A stretch of 64,000 bases of DNA from Hydrolagus colliei (taxonomy: Eukaryota), in contig CM068747.1 in the NCBI GenBank assembly GCA_035084275.1, positions 2,232,001-2,296,000 of the forward strand, read 5' to 3'. Positions 1-10,500 of this stretch are shown piece after piece. Each line of letters opens with the position of its first letter. The first letter of the stretch is position 1. The translations under genes and the position numbers were made by a program. A model generated the notes under the pieces. The model did not search any database. It saw nothing but the letters and a program-made list of their open reading frames with translations, and was not told the origin of the DNA.

Positions 1-399
1 TCATAAAGGGTGTAAAGCAGGAGGTCTCCACTCCTGAGATTCCTTGCGTTTGACACAGGGCTTTTCTCAAAATCGTGTGGATTTCCCCCAATTTCCAGCT
101 GCATTGGGAATTTATAGATTTGAAAGCTACTGTTTTAATATCGGCGATATGGTGTGGTGAAGCGGCATGTTGGAACTATCGTTTAAGTTGTAGCACACAA
201 ATCTATCTGCTTCCTCCGTGGGGAGATTTCCATAACTGAGGCTAGGCATTATTCCCACAAAGGAGAAAGAGAGAACTATCTTCTGCTACTGTCCAGTAAC
301 TCCTTCGATGGAGAAGACTTGGCAAGCTTGTAAGGAACAGGATTATTGTGTAGAGAGGGGGAGAGAGAGAGAGCAGAGGGCAATTGGAGGATGAGAGAG

Positions 400-525
400 T
401 AAGCAGAGGATACTTGAGGGATAGATATTTGTTAGGTCAGAGTATTAAGTGATATGGAGACAGGGCCATTATAGAATGGAGGAACAGGCTCAAGGGGGCT
501 GAATTGACTCATCCTGTTTCTATGG
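400..525 (+). mobile_element. CR1-type LINE 3' end fragment
   Basis: gaatggaggaacaggctcaagggggctgaattgactcatcctgtttctatg resembles CR1 3' UTR ends; boundaries approximate. Confidence 0.6.
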
Positions 526-650
526 ATGAATGAGAGAGAGCAGAGGACAATTGGGGATGTGAGAGAGAGAGAGAGAGAGAGGTGGAGTGGGGAGAGTGGG
601 GAGGGGTGATCTGAGAACTGAACCAGGCTGATAGACAGATATCATGCTGG

Positions 651-906
651 AATAATAATAATAATAATCTTTGCCTTTGATATAGCACTTTGCACTTCTT
701 CCAGAGGTCTCAAATTGCTTCACGGGATATACTGTGAAGTGAATTGGTGGTATATTTGTGGGTGAAACACGGGAGCCAATTGCGCACATCAGCGTCCCCA
801 CAAACAACCGTGGATTCTAGTGACCAATTTATTATTTTGTTTAAAGTTTATCATCGGGCACGCGTATAGAGTAAGGAAACTTGCCGAAGGTTTGGCCCTG
901 ATCTGC
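651..906 (-). mobile_element. tRNA-derived Deu-domain SINE, 5'-truncated
   Basis: Reverse complement of the 2900-3220 element from ...cagggcgaaacc onward, with (ATT)n tail. Confidence 0.85.
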
Positions 907-976
907 ACGGTCTCTCGCCTCTTCTGATGAACTCTTGCTTCACCGGTCTGAAGACTTTTCTTTTCGATTGTGCCTT

Positions 977-1148
977 CAATCAATCGATCAATCGATCAAT
1001 CAATCAATCAATCAATAGATCAATCAATCAATAGATCAATCAATCAATCGATCAATCAATCGATCGATCAATCAATCGATCGAGCAATCAATCGATCGAG
1101 CAATCAATCGATCGAGCAATCAATCGATCAATCAATCAATCAATCAAT
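977..1148. repeat. Compound (TCAA)n/(TCGA)n tetranucleotide microsatellite
   Basis: Directly visible; explains ORF 970..1164 (SINQSIDQ repeats). Confidence 0.95.
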
Positions 1149-1149
1149 A

Positions 1150-1610
1150 CTTACATTTATTTAGCGCCTTTCATGTCGAGAGGACGTCCCAAGGCGCTGT
1201 ACAGTGAGGTAGGGACAAGAGCAGGGGGGGCAGGGGTCAGGGCAGGATGAAGAAGAGTAGGAAAATTGACTGTATATTTGTGGGCGAAATGCGGCAGCCA
1301 AATTGCGCACAGCAGCATCCCACAAACAGTCATGGAAGTGGGATTAAGGGAAATCGGGGGGAAAAGATGTCAAGGGTAGGGGTAGGGAGAAGGAGAGCAG
1401 GAAAGCTGACTGTATACTTGGGGGCGACTGTATACTCTGTATACTGTATACTCTGTCACCCTCCCACCGCTCTCCCTCACCTCCCACCTGCCCTAACCCT
1501 TCCCCGTGCTTGGATCCTGACCCCTGACTGTTCAGCATCTTGGGACATCCTCCAGATGTGAAAGGCACTCTATAAATGTTCCTTATGTTGTTGTGGTGGT
1601 GTTGTTGTCC
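1150..1610. mobile_element. Two L2-type 3' ends in opposite orientation (minus ~1150-1245, plus ~1485-1610) with a SINE scrap between
   Basis: acatttatttagcgcctttcatgtcgagaggacgtcccaaggcgctg versus cagcatcttgggacatcctccagatgtgaaaggcactctataaatgt followed by (TTG)n. Confidence 0.7.
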
Positions 1611-1905
1611 AGTTGTGTGAAAGACTAAGGTTGAAGCATCCTAGGCTATGCTCTTAGGTGCGGCAGATTAAGCATAGAACAGTGAATTGCCTTCTAAATG
1701 TGTTAGCTTTTGTTTTAATGTTACGTGAATGTCAATGAATGACCTAAATGCACAACCGACTGTCCCGAAATAACGGTGGTATAGTTAGCAAAGAGTCATT
1801 TTAATTAAGCATTAGAGAAATTGCTTAATGAGACAACCAAGAGAAGCCATTCATGTGATCTATTTTGAAACCATTAACTAACCTTTCCAAGGCCATTGTT
1901 TGGGT

Positions 1906-1931
1906 GGGGGGGGGGGGGGGGGGGGGGGGGG
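1906..1931. repeat. Poly-G run (others near 15001-15035; poly-C at 49825-49854)
   Basis: Directly visible. Confidence 0.9.
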
Positions 1932-2589
1932 TGAGGAGGGCTGGTGGGGGCAGAAGATTGAAAATTACACGTGAATTTATTCAGAATGGTCCTTGGTAAA
2001 ATTGCATAAACGTAAGATGAGAAAAAGTTAGCATTTTAATTTCAGTTTATGCGGGAAAGGAAAGTCAAGTCATCTTGGTTTTTTAGTGCTCTCATTATTA
2101 CATTACATTACGGGAGAGTCGAGGAGATAGAGCTGAGGAAGATGATGTATAACCTGCCACACTCGGTGTGAAATTGGGCTTCAAATGTTCAGTTAAATTG
2201 AAGAAAACATTAGAAATATTGTTTAAGACAATCTTATTCAAAAGGTAGCCGCGATGTCGGCACTCAGAGACCAATGGAACACATACATTAGAGAATGCAA
2301 TCAAAAATATCACCATAAAATGCAATTTGCAGCTGTAATTACGAGTTGAGACATTGAGTACGCCTGGAAATGTGTCATTTTTCATTGTCAGTTTTCTTAT
2401 TTCCATTCACTTCAGTTCCGTGGCTGAACTTGGGCAAACCGAAATGTGTTGGGAATACTGTATATAAATCGGGCCACCCCCCCGCCCCCCAAAAAAAGCT
2501 CATGAGCACGTTTTACTGATGAAAGTTTATGTTTTTGGAGAAAAATCAATGCTTTAAGTTTTCCAATGTGTATTTCCCCAAATGCCACA

Positions 2590-2860
2590 CACAACAACAA
2601 GAAGAAAATTACACTTGCATAGCGTCTTTCATGTCAGGGGGACGTTTCAGGGGGCGCTGGACAGTCATTGTTTCAGATCCAAGCTGGGGACAGAGGGGCG
2701 GAGTGAAGGGGGGTGGGGGGGAAGTTAAGAGTGGCCGATGGGACCATCAAAGAGCAGAGGCTTGAGGCGGTACCTGAAGGAGGCCAGGGAAGGGGTGAGA
2801 CGGAGGGACTGCTGGATGGAGTTCCAGAGGTTGGGGCCAGAGTGGATAAACACTCAACCG
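2590..2860 (-). mobile_element. L2 LINE 3' end fragment
   Basis: (CAA)n tail, stem-loop tail, then cttgaggcggtacctgaagg...ggagttccagagg (reverse of the WNSLP...FK..LK end of L2 ORF2). Confidence 0.75.
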
Positions 2861-2899
2861 CCAATGAAAATTAGTTGCCTTTACATTTCTATACCATTT

Positions 2900-3220
2900 G
2901 GAGCTCCTGTAGCTCAATGGTTAGAGCACTCGCCTTACAAGCGTGAGACCTGTGTTCGAATCCAGGCAGGTCAGGGCGAAACCTCGGGCAAGTTTCCTTA
3001 CTCCACACGCCTAATAATAATCCGTCCAAAACACAATAAAAAAAGTGGTCATTTCATTCCACGACTGTTTGTGGGACGCTGCTGTGCGCAATTCTCTGCC
3101 GCGTTTGCCCACAAATATACAGTCAATTCACTTTACAGTATATTCTGTGAAGCGCTTTGAGACGTCTAGGAGACGTGAAAAGCGCTATATCAAATACAAG
3201 GATTATTATCATTGTTATTA
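2900..3220 (+). mobile_element. Full-length tRNA-derived SINE (A/B boxes, Deu-like core, L2-type tail)
   Basis: A box tagctcaatggttagagc, B box gttcgaatcc, core ctgtttgtgggacgctgctgtgcgcaatt, tail gcgctttgagacg..cgtgaaaagcgctatatcaaatacaagg(att)n; many copies in the window. Confidence 0.9.
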
Positions 3221-3430
3221 TATTGCGGAGATGAGGAAAGGCAGAGCGAGTCATTGCTTGGATATGGGGGAGGAAAGACAGTTGAGGATCGAACAAGACA
3301 CCGAGGTTCCTGACTGGCTTGGTGAGGTCGAGTGAGCAACCATGGAGATTGATACTGACAACAACAACAAAATTACACTTGTATAGCACCTTTCACACTG
3401 GGAGGACGTCCCAAGGCGCTGACATGATAC
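3221..3430 (-). mobile_element. L2 ORF2 (RT C-terminal) fragment followed by another L2 3' tail
   Basis: Minus-strand translation VRNLGVLFDPQLSFLPHIQAMTRSAFPHLRNI is a typical L2-clade ORF2 motif. Confidence 0.85.
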
Positions 3431-6400
3431 AGCTGGTCTTGTTGTGAGGGTAGCACCAACAGTCTTCCCAATTGTGCATATCTTATTGCTCCTTAATTTT
3501 AACCCTGTGAGCGAAATATCACCTTGCAGGCTGAACCTGGTAAGATGCCACCATGGTGACCCACGGGATCAGTTTATCTTCATATCTGTCAGTCCAATTC
3601 ACTTGAAGGAAGGCGAGATACATTGCAACAATTCGCCCCCCACCACGCCCCATCACTCCTTCTAGAAGTATCCTCATTTATAGAAATATCAAACCTTTAT
3701 GATGCTTTATACTGTAATACCATTCATAATATTAGAGGTATTTGGGACGTTCCCCTGATGTGAAAGGCGCTCTATAAATGTAATTTTGTTGTTGTGGTAG
3801 TACTGTAGTAATAATAATCCTTGCGTTTCATATAGTGTTTTATCATGTTGTTCACACAAGGAAGTGCTCTGTATCCCAGTGTCCAATACGATGGCCTTCC
3901 ACAGTGTTTGATCTTAAACAAGAGAGCGGGCAGCTCTGACACTGAGATCGCTTGAGAACTCCCACAATGAGGCACTCACAGCAAGCCAACCCCGTTGCAA
4001 TGCAACGCTACCTTCTGTGACTGACAGCTTTGTTGGAGTCAAGTTCGTGCCATCATTCCTTTATACGAGTCTTCATACTTCTCAGGCCGTCCAATTAGCA
4101 GCTCCACATTAAATATTTGAACGTGCAACATTGATTTATAGTTGTGCGTTGTTTTTTTTGCAGAGGGAATTATTGTCATTCAGTCTTTGTGTGGTCATGT
4201 TGTGCTTTCGATGAACTCTCGCAGAAGTAGAGTGGGACATTTTACTGGCCGATTAAGTTAGCAGTATTCTGTTGCCTTTTGTGTCTTTCGACACTTCTCT
4301 TTACAGAGCCAATTGAATGAGATTCAAGCTACCTTCTCTTAAGCCGGGGCAATGTTTCATCTATAAATGAGATTCCTAGACTGACACGTGATGTGTAACA
4401 AGTTGTTAAATATTAAGAGGGAGCTTTACCCAAGTTGCCTAATTCTACAACAGCACATTGTTACAGAACATTCCTTTAAGCCGAAGGTTTAGGGTTGTTT
4501 CTTATTAGGTTTTGTGTATTTATTGTGTGCAGTTCTAATACTTAACCCTGGCTAGTAAATTACAGCACTCATAATGAATGCAAGAAGTATCCTCTGAGAT
4601 GATGCAGTACCTGAGAAGCTGTGAATAACTCCTCATTATCTAATTACGCTGCTGTAATTCCTGTAGTAGCAAAGCTCCAAGACTCATGCAGTTACAATGA
4701 TTCATGGTGAAAATATTCTTCTGTAATAAAGCATTCTGTTCCATCAGCATGTTGTGTAAGTTAATAGGTTTCAGTCAAAAGTGATGTTCAGCAGCAGAGT
4801 ACATACTCAGTAAACTAATGTAATGAACAGTTCTAATCAAACCAAAACAAGAATTATTAGTAGATTTCAGTTTCTTAAGTTATTGAAATGTCAAAGGGTG
4901 TATCTGTTCAGTTAAACATCACTTTATACTCTTGGAAAGCATTCAGAATAACTGCAGATTAAGTCAGCCCTCTCTGTTTGTAAAGATTCAACCATTTAAA
5001 TAAAAACTTGTTTAAACCTGTCCTCATCGTGAGGTACGATGAGGACAGGTTTGAGTGGAGGTCAGAAGAGTGGGGTGAAGTTTAGGGAAGGTCAGATGAG
5101 TGGGACGGGAAGTAGTATGAGAGGGTAGGGGGTCAAGGATAGGAAGTCTGATTGGCTCTGTGGAGACACACAAAAAGTACGAGAAGCTAATGATTGACCA
5201 GGCAGTCTGGTTCCTCAGCGAGTCCTGGTAATGTGGATATGCTCTCATTGTCCCAAAGCCTTCATCAGTAATAGAACCCAAGATGGACAAGCACTCTTCC
5301 TTCTATTGCAATGTTTTGCTACAAAACCCAATCAACCAAATCCAAAATATGTTGAGAGTAGGAAAGAGCTATTAAGTGTAACAACTTGATTTATTTCTGC
5401 TGCTGTTCATCTAATATTTGATTTAATTGATGCAACACAGCAGCGATGTATTTTAACCTCGTTGTAGTCCTGAGAGATTTGCCTCTTTGCACTGGAAATT
5501 TTCTCAGAAGAAATGTAAACTGGGTATTCAGCAGGAAAGACTTTAAGGATTGATTGTTTGTTACTAAACTAATGAAATAACCCGTTCTAAATTGAGTGAG
5601 TCAAATTGAATTAGTAAATGAACTCAGAAGAGCAAATGAAAGAATGCACCCTTGAAATAGCAACAGAGTCTCTGCTGCAACCTATTCTCTACACCATTTA
5701 GAGGAAATGAAACTGTGGCTGATAATTATTGACCATAGTTGGTATTTGATCCGAGGGAGTATTTACAATATCATTTACATTTATACAGTGTCTTTCAGCT
5801 CAGGAGAACGCCTCAAAATGCTTATAGATTAAAGAATATGTTGGGGGAGGAATAGGCTGCTTTAAAAAAAGCTAAACCTTTGTTTCGGTTTATGGAAATC
5901 AAATCTGAAAGCACATAGCTTCAAACAACCTTTATAATTATTTTGTTCAATTTGTCTTCGTGATTGAGTGATGGATGCCTAGAGACTGAGTGATTACTGC
6001 ATGAATCAACACTGTTCAGTTCATTTCTAAAGTTCAAAGTTAGTCTGGCATTTGGGTTAGGCTGATTCAGATTACACGTTATGTGAGGAAAGTGGTTCAA
6101 TCATTCAGGTTTGTGGTTTCAAGTATCTCTCATTAAGAGGCCTTCACTGATTATAAATGAACCCCTTCATATATACACAGGCAATGTAACTTCACTGGTT
6201 TGGAATGATTTGTTATGTTTGAGTACCCCAGATACAAAAAGGATATTAAAATAAAATAATAAAGAAATCCTTACATTTAGTATCTTGCCTTTCACATCAG
6301 GAGGATGTCCCAAAGTGCTTTTTTGGGGGGATCGACTGGTGTCTGACACATACGGAAAGCCATCACCATTCTTAAGAGTATCCAAACCAAAACAGAATTC

Positions 6401-6949
6401 CATGCCTCCCACCTATACATGGAAATTCCGGAGATAAATTATTGGAATGGAATGGGCTGTCGTCCTGGAAGGAACACATTCTGCTCAACTAATTCTGAAA
6501 AGTAATAGGCTTCGGTTGGCAAGAGCCAAAGCTTGGGATCCCGAAGCATTCATTGGGCGTACTTCATTGGGAATCTAACGTGCTAAAACTTCATGGTTTG
6601 GCATTGAGAGCACTGTCTGACAAGCTTTCCCACTGCTTGTCCAGCTGGGATCTCCAGCCACCAGAGACTTGTCTGTCCTTCTGAGTCCTGTTGATGAGCC
6701 AGCCTGGCTGTCACCAGCAATACCCTGGAGTGCTGTAGATCTGCCTGTGACCATCACAATTCAATTCTCACAGGATTTTATTGGCAGGATTTGCTGTGAA
6801 GTGCATTGTCTGCGTTTTAGACCCAAATAGGCACGTAGGAGGTGAACGTTTTGAGGAAGAGAGTCGGAGAGATGAATAAGGTCTGATTAGAAAATAGCAG
6901 ATCAATTCAAGGCATGATACATGTCCACAGAGCTTATGAGGATTGATAA

Positions 6950-7325
6950 TAATATACAACCCTGGTATTTGGTACTGTGCCTTACGTCAACAAGGCGTTT
7001 CAAAGCTTTTCACAGAATATACCGTAAAGTGAATTGACTGTGCACTTGTGGGTGAAGTCTAACTAATAGTGATGCACAATGCCTCCACGTACTGTACATC
7101 AGTTTGGTATTCATGCATTTTAATTCCCCACAAAATTTATTTTAACGTTAGCTATTGTGACTTGAGTCTGCTCTCACATAATAATAATAATAATAATAAT
7201 AGGTTCGACCATAAGGTATACAGTGCAGTCAATTCACTTTACGGTATATTCTGTGAATCGCTTTGAGATGTGTCAATGACTTAATTGATAAGCCGCTTTA
7301 TCAAATCCAAGGATTGTTATTACCT
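6950..7325. mobile_element. Inverted pair of SINE 3' halves (minus ~6950-7055; plus ~7220-7325)
   Basis: 7009-7040 is the exact reverse complement of 7226-7257. Confidence 0.85.
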
Positions 7326-8419
7326 CGTCTGACTCTTGATGTTGTTTCGGCAGAGTACGCAATGTACCGACGAGGAATCTTCAGCGTAACTTGGGTTAAT
7401 GAGATGCAGATACTTCAACAATTGGTTTATTTGGAATTTTTGTCAACAGGCTCAAAAACCTTACCACCGTGTTCTGTTGGAATTTGCAAACGAAAGCAGC
7501 CTCGGGGTATATACAATAGTAGGAGTATTGCTCCCTGTGTTTCTAAATGTAAAGGCCATATATGTGTATTAATAATGACATTTACTCTAAATCACAATGT
7601 GCCTAAAACACATCGAATTAGGCTCAGTTTTTCCATCCGTTGTTCTTTTAAAAGGTTAAAAGTTTTGTTGGAAAGTCTTTATAATTAATTTGTCTTTTTT
7701 TAGTCCAGAAAGCTTCTGAGTTTCTTCCAAAGGAATCTTATGAGGCCTTGTCTTTACATCCATGATTTTATATCTGGGCAAACGTTTGAACAATGAGTCA
7801 TATATTATAAAACAGGCTGTTTAAAGGTGGTGTTTTAACAGCATTATATATTTAACATCAGTAAAACTATAGCCAAGGTTGCATTTCAAATGCAGACAGC
7901 TATAATTGTAGTTTAACCCTTTGGCTACTGGTCTTCACCTCCTTCAGAAGCTATGATGTGGCAGCACATTATGGTACAGAACAAGCAAAATCTATTCAAC
8001 TGCATAGAACGCTTACAATGTGACTAGAAATTGATAGAGCAGAGCCAGAATATAAATCAGCTGTTAACCCGAAACAGTCAGAATGAAGAAAGAAATGACG
8101 CATTGAGTTAAGAGAATGTAAATTGTTTTCTTTGCCTTTTGGTATTATGACCATAAGACCAATTTTAATTCATAGTGGAGGGAGCAAACATGATTCAAAC
8201 AACCGGTGCTTAAAACAAATAATTTTTAACCAGACTGTGGTCAAATTATTTTGACAGTGGATGAAGTGGAAGTATGTCGATTGCGTTAAAGGACATTGCT
8301 TTTGTGTCTTCCTTTCTAGTTCTGTGAAACTACAGTATCTGACAAATCTTTATACCAAGCGTAGGTAACCGGACAAAAGTTATTGTGGGTGCACTAAAAA
8401 ATTGTCTTATTTGTCCAGG

Positions 8420-8800
8420 TTCACTGCTGTTGGACTGTTAGGTCAAGCAACATGGACTTTTAGCCTCAGGTCTCCAGTGCAATACTGGGAGAGTGCTGAA
8501 TTGTCAAAGCTGTCATCTTTTGGGTGAGACTTTAAGCTGAGGTCAAGTCTATTTGTTTTGGTGAACGTTACAGCTCTCAACAGAAATATTAGGAAAGTAA
8601 GAAAGGAATTTCTCCTAGTTTAATGGCCAACAATTTGCAGATTGATTAGTCTTTCATTCACCTCATGGCTATTTTTTCTGGAGCTAAGAAATGGGTGTCA
8701 CATTTACCTACCGAAAAAACAGTTCTTACGTTTGCCATTAATTAATTGCAAGGTACTTTGAGATGTTTTGACATGATGAGTTACTATCAAACGCAGTCTA
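8420..8800 (+). mobile_element. Old Deu-domain SINE (SacSINE1/AmnSINE-like), degenerate
   Basis: ccagtgcaatactgggagagtgctgaattgtcaaagctgtcatcttttgggtgagactttaagctgagg... resembles 60115-60500. Confidence 0.6.
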
Positions 8801-9235
8801 ATATGGTCCATCTGAGAAATGTGGTAGGTTACGTCACATACCAAAATCTACCTTATGATGCAAACAAAAATCTGGGTACTCCGGCATTGAAATGACACAG
8901 TTCCTCTGCTGTAAATCCCAGATTTAGGATTACTATGAATCTATTGCAAATAATAGCACGCGTTTGGGAATAAAATAGCTACAGAGTGTTTAAGTCTCCG
9001 ATTTCAATCTCTACATTTAATCTCTTCTGAAACAGATTTTATTTTTACGGTCTGCATGCTCCTGGATAGATCTTCAATATTAAGTATTTTATAATACAAG
9101 GATGACTTGGATATATGAGCATATGTATGGCTGAATTTAATTGCAAGGCCTCATGTTGAGATGTATGTTTTTTGGGGTAATTTTCCATCAATAATTCCAG
9201 TTTTTCCTTAATTGATATTTGCTGTTATCTTACAG

Positions 9236-9370
9236 AAATCCTGAATGGGGGCATCTACATTGATCAGAACAAGTTCCTGTGTTACGCAAATACAGTTCAC
9301 TGGCACGATATTGTTCGCAGTCCTGCAAGTGCAGACACCATAATCGTTCCAACCAACACCACCGTGTCAT
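9236..9370 (+). CDS. ERBB4: ERBB4 exon 4 (end of L1 domain)
   Basis: ttacag|AAATC...GTCAT|gtgagt; 135 nt; [45 protein letters not shown]. Confidence 0.95.
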
Positions 9371-9439
9371 GTGAGTATCGTATGTTACATTTTCCTGTGA
9401 CAATGTGTACAGAAAAACCAGTCATGATAATACAATACA

Positions 9440-9690
9440 GAATACAATACAAAATGACATTTGTATAGCGCCTTTCACGTCAGGAGGATTTCCCAATATG
9501 CTGGATAATCAAGAAGTTTGATACGATCTGGAGGGGGGGGGGCGGGGGTTGGAGTAAAGGAGGATGGAGGGTGGCCAAAGGCACAGTCAAAGTGGAGGAT
9601 CTTGAGATGTGCCTTGAAGGAGGCAAGCGTGCGAGCTGAAGAGAACGTGGGATGGAGTTCTACAGGGCGGTGGGGCGCCCAGGAAAAGCC
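9440..9690 (-). mobile_element. L2 3' end fragment
   Basis: catttgtatagcgcctttcacgtcaggagg...cttgagatgtgccttgaagg...ggagttctacagg. Confidence 0.7.
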
Positions 9691-10332
9691 TTGTAACTTT
9701 CACATCAGCAGGGTGTCTCACAGGTTATACTATAAAACTGCAGATATTTACACCACAGGAGGTGGCCAGTTAACCGGTTGCGTCTGTACTGACTCTTATG
9801 AAGAACAATCCTCCATTTCCCATTTTCCTACCTTTTCCCCATATCCCTGGAGTTTGCCCTCTTTTTTTTTAACCTGGCTGCCTAGCTCCCTCTTGGAAGC
9901 TAGTATGGATTCTGCCTCAAGTATCGCTCTCATCAGGGAATTCTATATCTTAACAACTTTGCATGTGAAAAATAATTCTCCGAATTTCTCCCATTTGCAC
10001 ATTTGCTAATTGTGGGCTGCCACACAAACTGCACGGAAAGGGGACGCGCCATAATGGAAGCAATTAGTGAGTGTTTTGCATGTCCTTTTTTACCCTAACA
10101 CTCAATGCTTAACAGATGTTATGTAAGTGCTACACTGTAAATGATCAATCAACTGAAGGGCCTGTCCTGGTCTGCTTTCTTTAGTTAGCCAAGATAACTA
10201 GTTTATTTGTGAGTTTATGATGTAGTTTAAACCCATCATATTGCACCGCCAGTAATAGTTGAGTATTTTTAAAGTCACGGCATCTATGAGTTGCTGTCTC
10301 CTTTTAATTAACAGAATAAACATTGCAGCCAA

Positions 10333-10500
10333 ATAATAATAGTAATAATCCTCGCATTTGACATAGCGCTTTTCATGTCTTCTTGACGTCTCAAAGTATT
10401 TCACAGAATATACTGTAAAATGAATTGACTGTGTATTTGTGGACGAAATGTGATTGCGCACAGCAGTGTCCCGTGGATTGAAATGACCAATTTATTATAG
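10333..10500 (-). mobile_element. SINE 3' half
   Basis: Reverse complement of ~3040-3220. Confidence 0.85.

Noticed and set aside
915-960. ctgatga / ctgaaga hammerhead or C/D-box-like words
   Set aside because: No GAAA with pairing helices and no terminal stem.
970-1164. ORF with SINQSIDQ repeats
   Set aside because: Translation of a tetranucleotide microsatellite.
2901-2975. Apparent tRNA gene with a TAC anticodon loop
   Set aside because: It runs directly into a SINE body, the acceptor stem does not close, and sister copies (13385-13460, 26221-26290) have different loop sequences.
5024-5290. Minus-strand ORF faintly resembling a Penelope ORF
   Set aside because: Similarity is limited to a few residues in low-complexity purine-rich sequence; not supportable without a search.
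7330-7470. Possible ERBB4 exon 3 remnant (cttcaacaattgg = LQQL; ctcaaaaaccttacc = LKNLT)
   Set aside because: The two words are in different frames and ~25 nt apart, there is no correctly phased GT donor, and upstream sequence does not follow exon 3. Probably chance; the true exon 3 is presumably upstream of the window.
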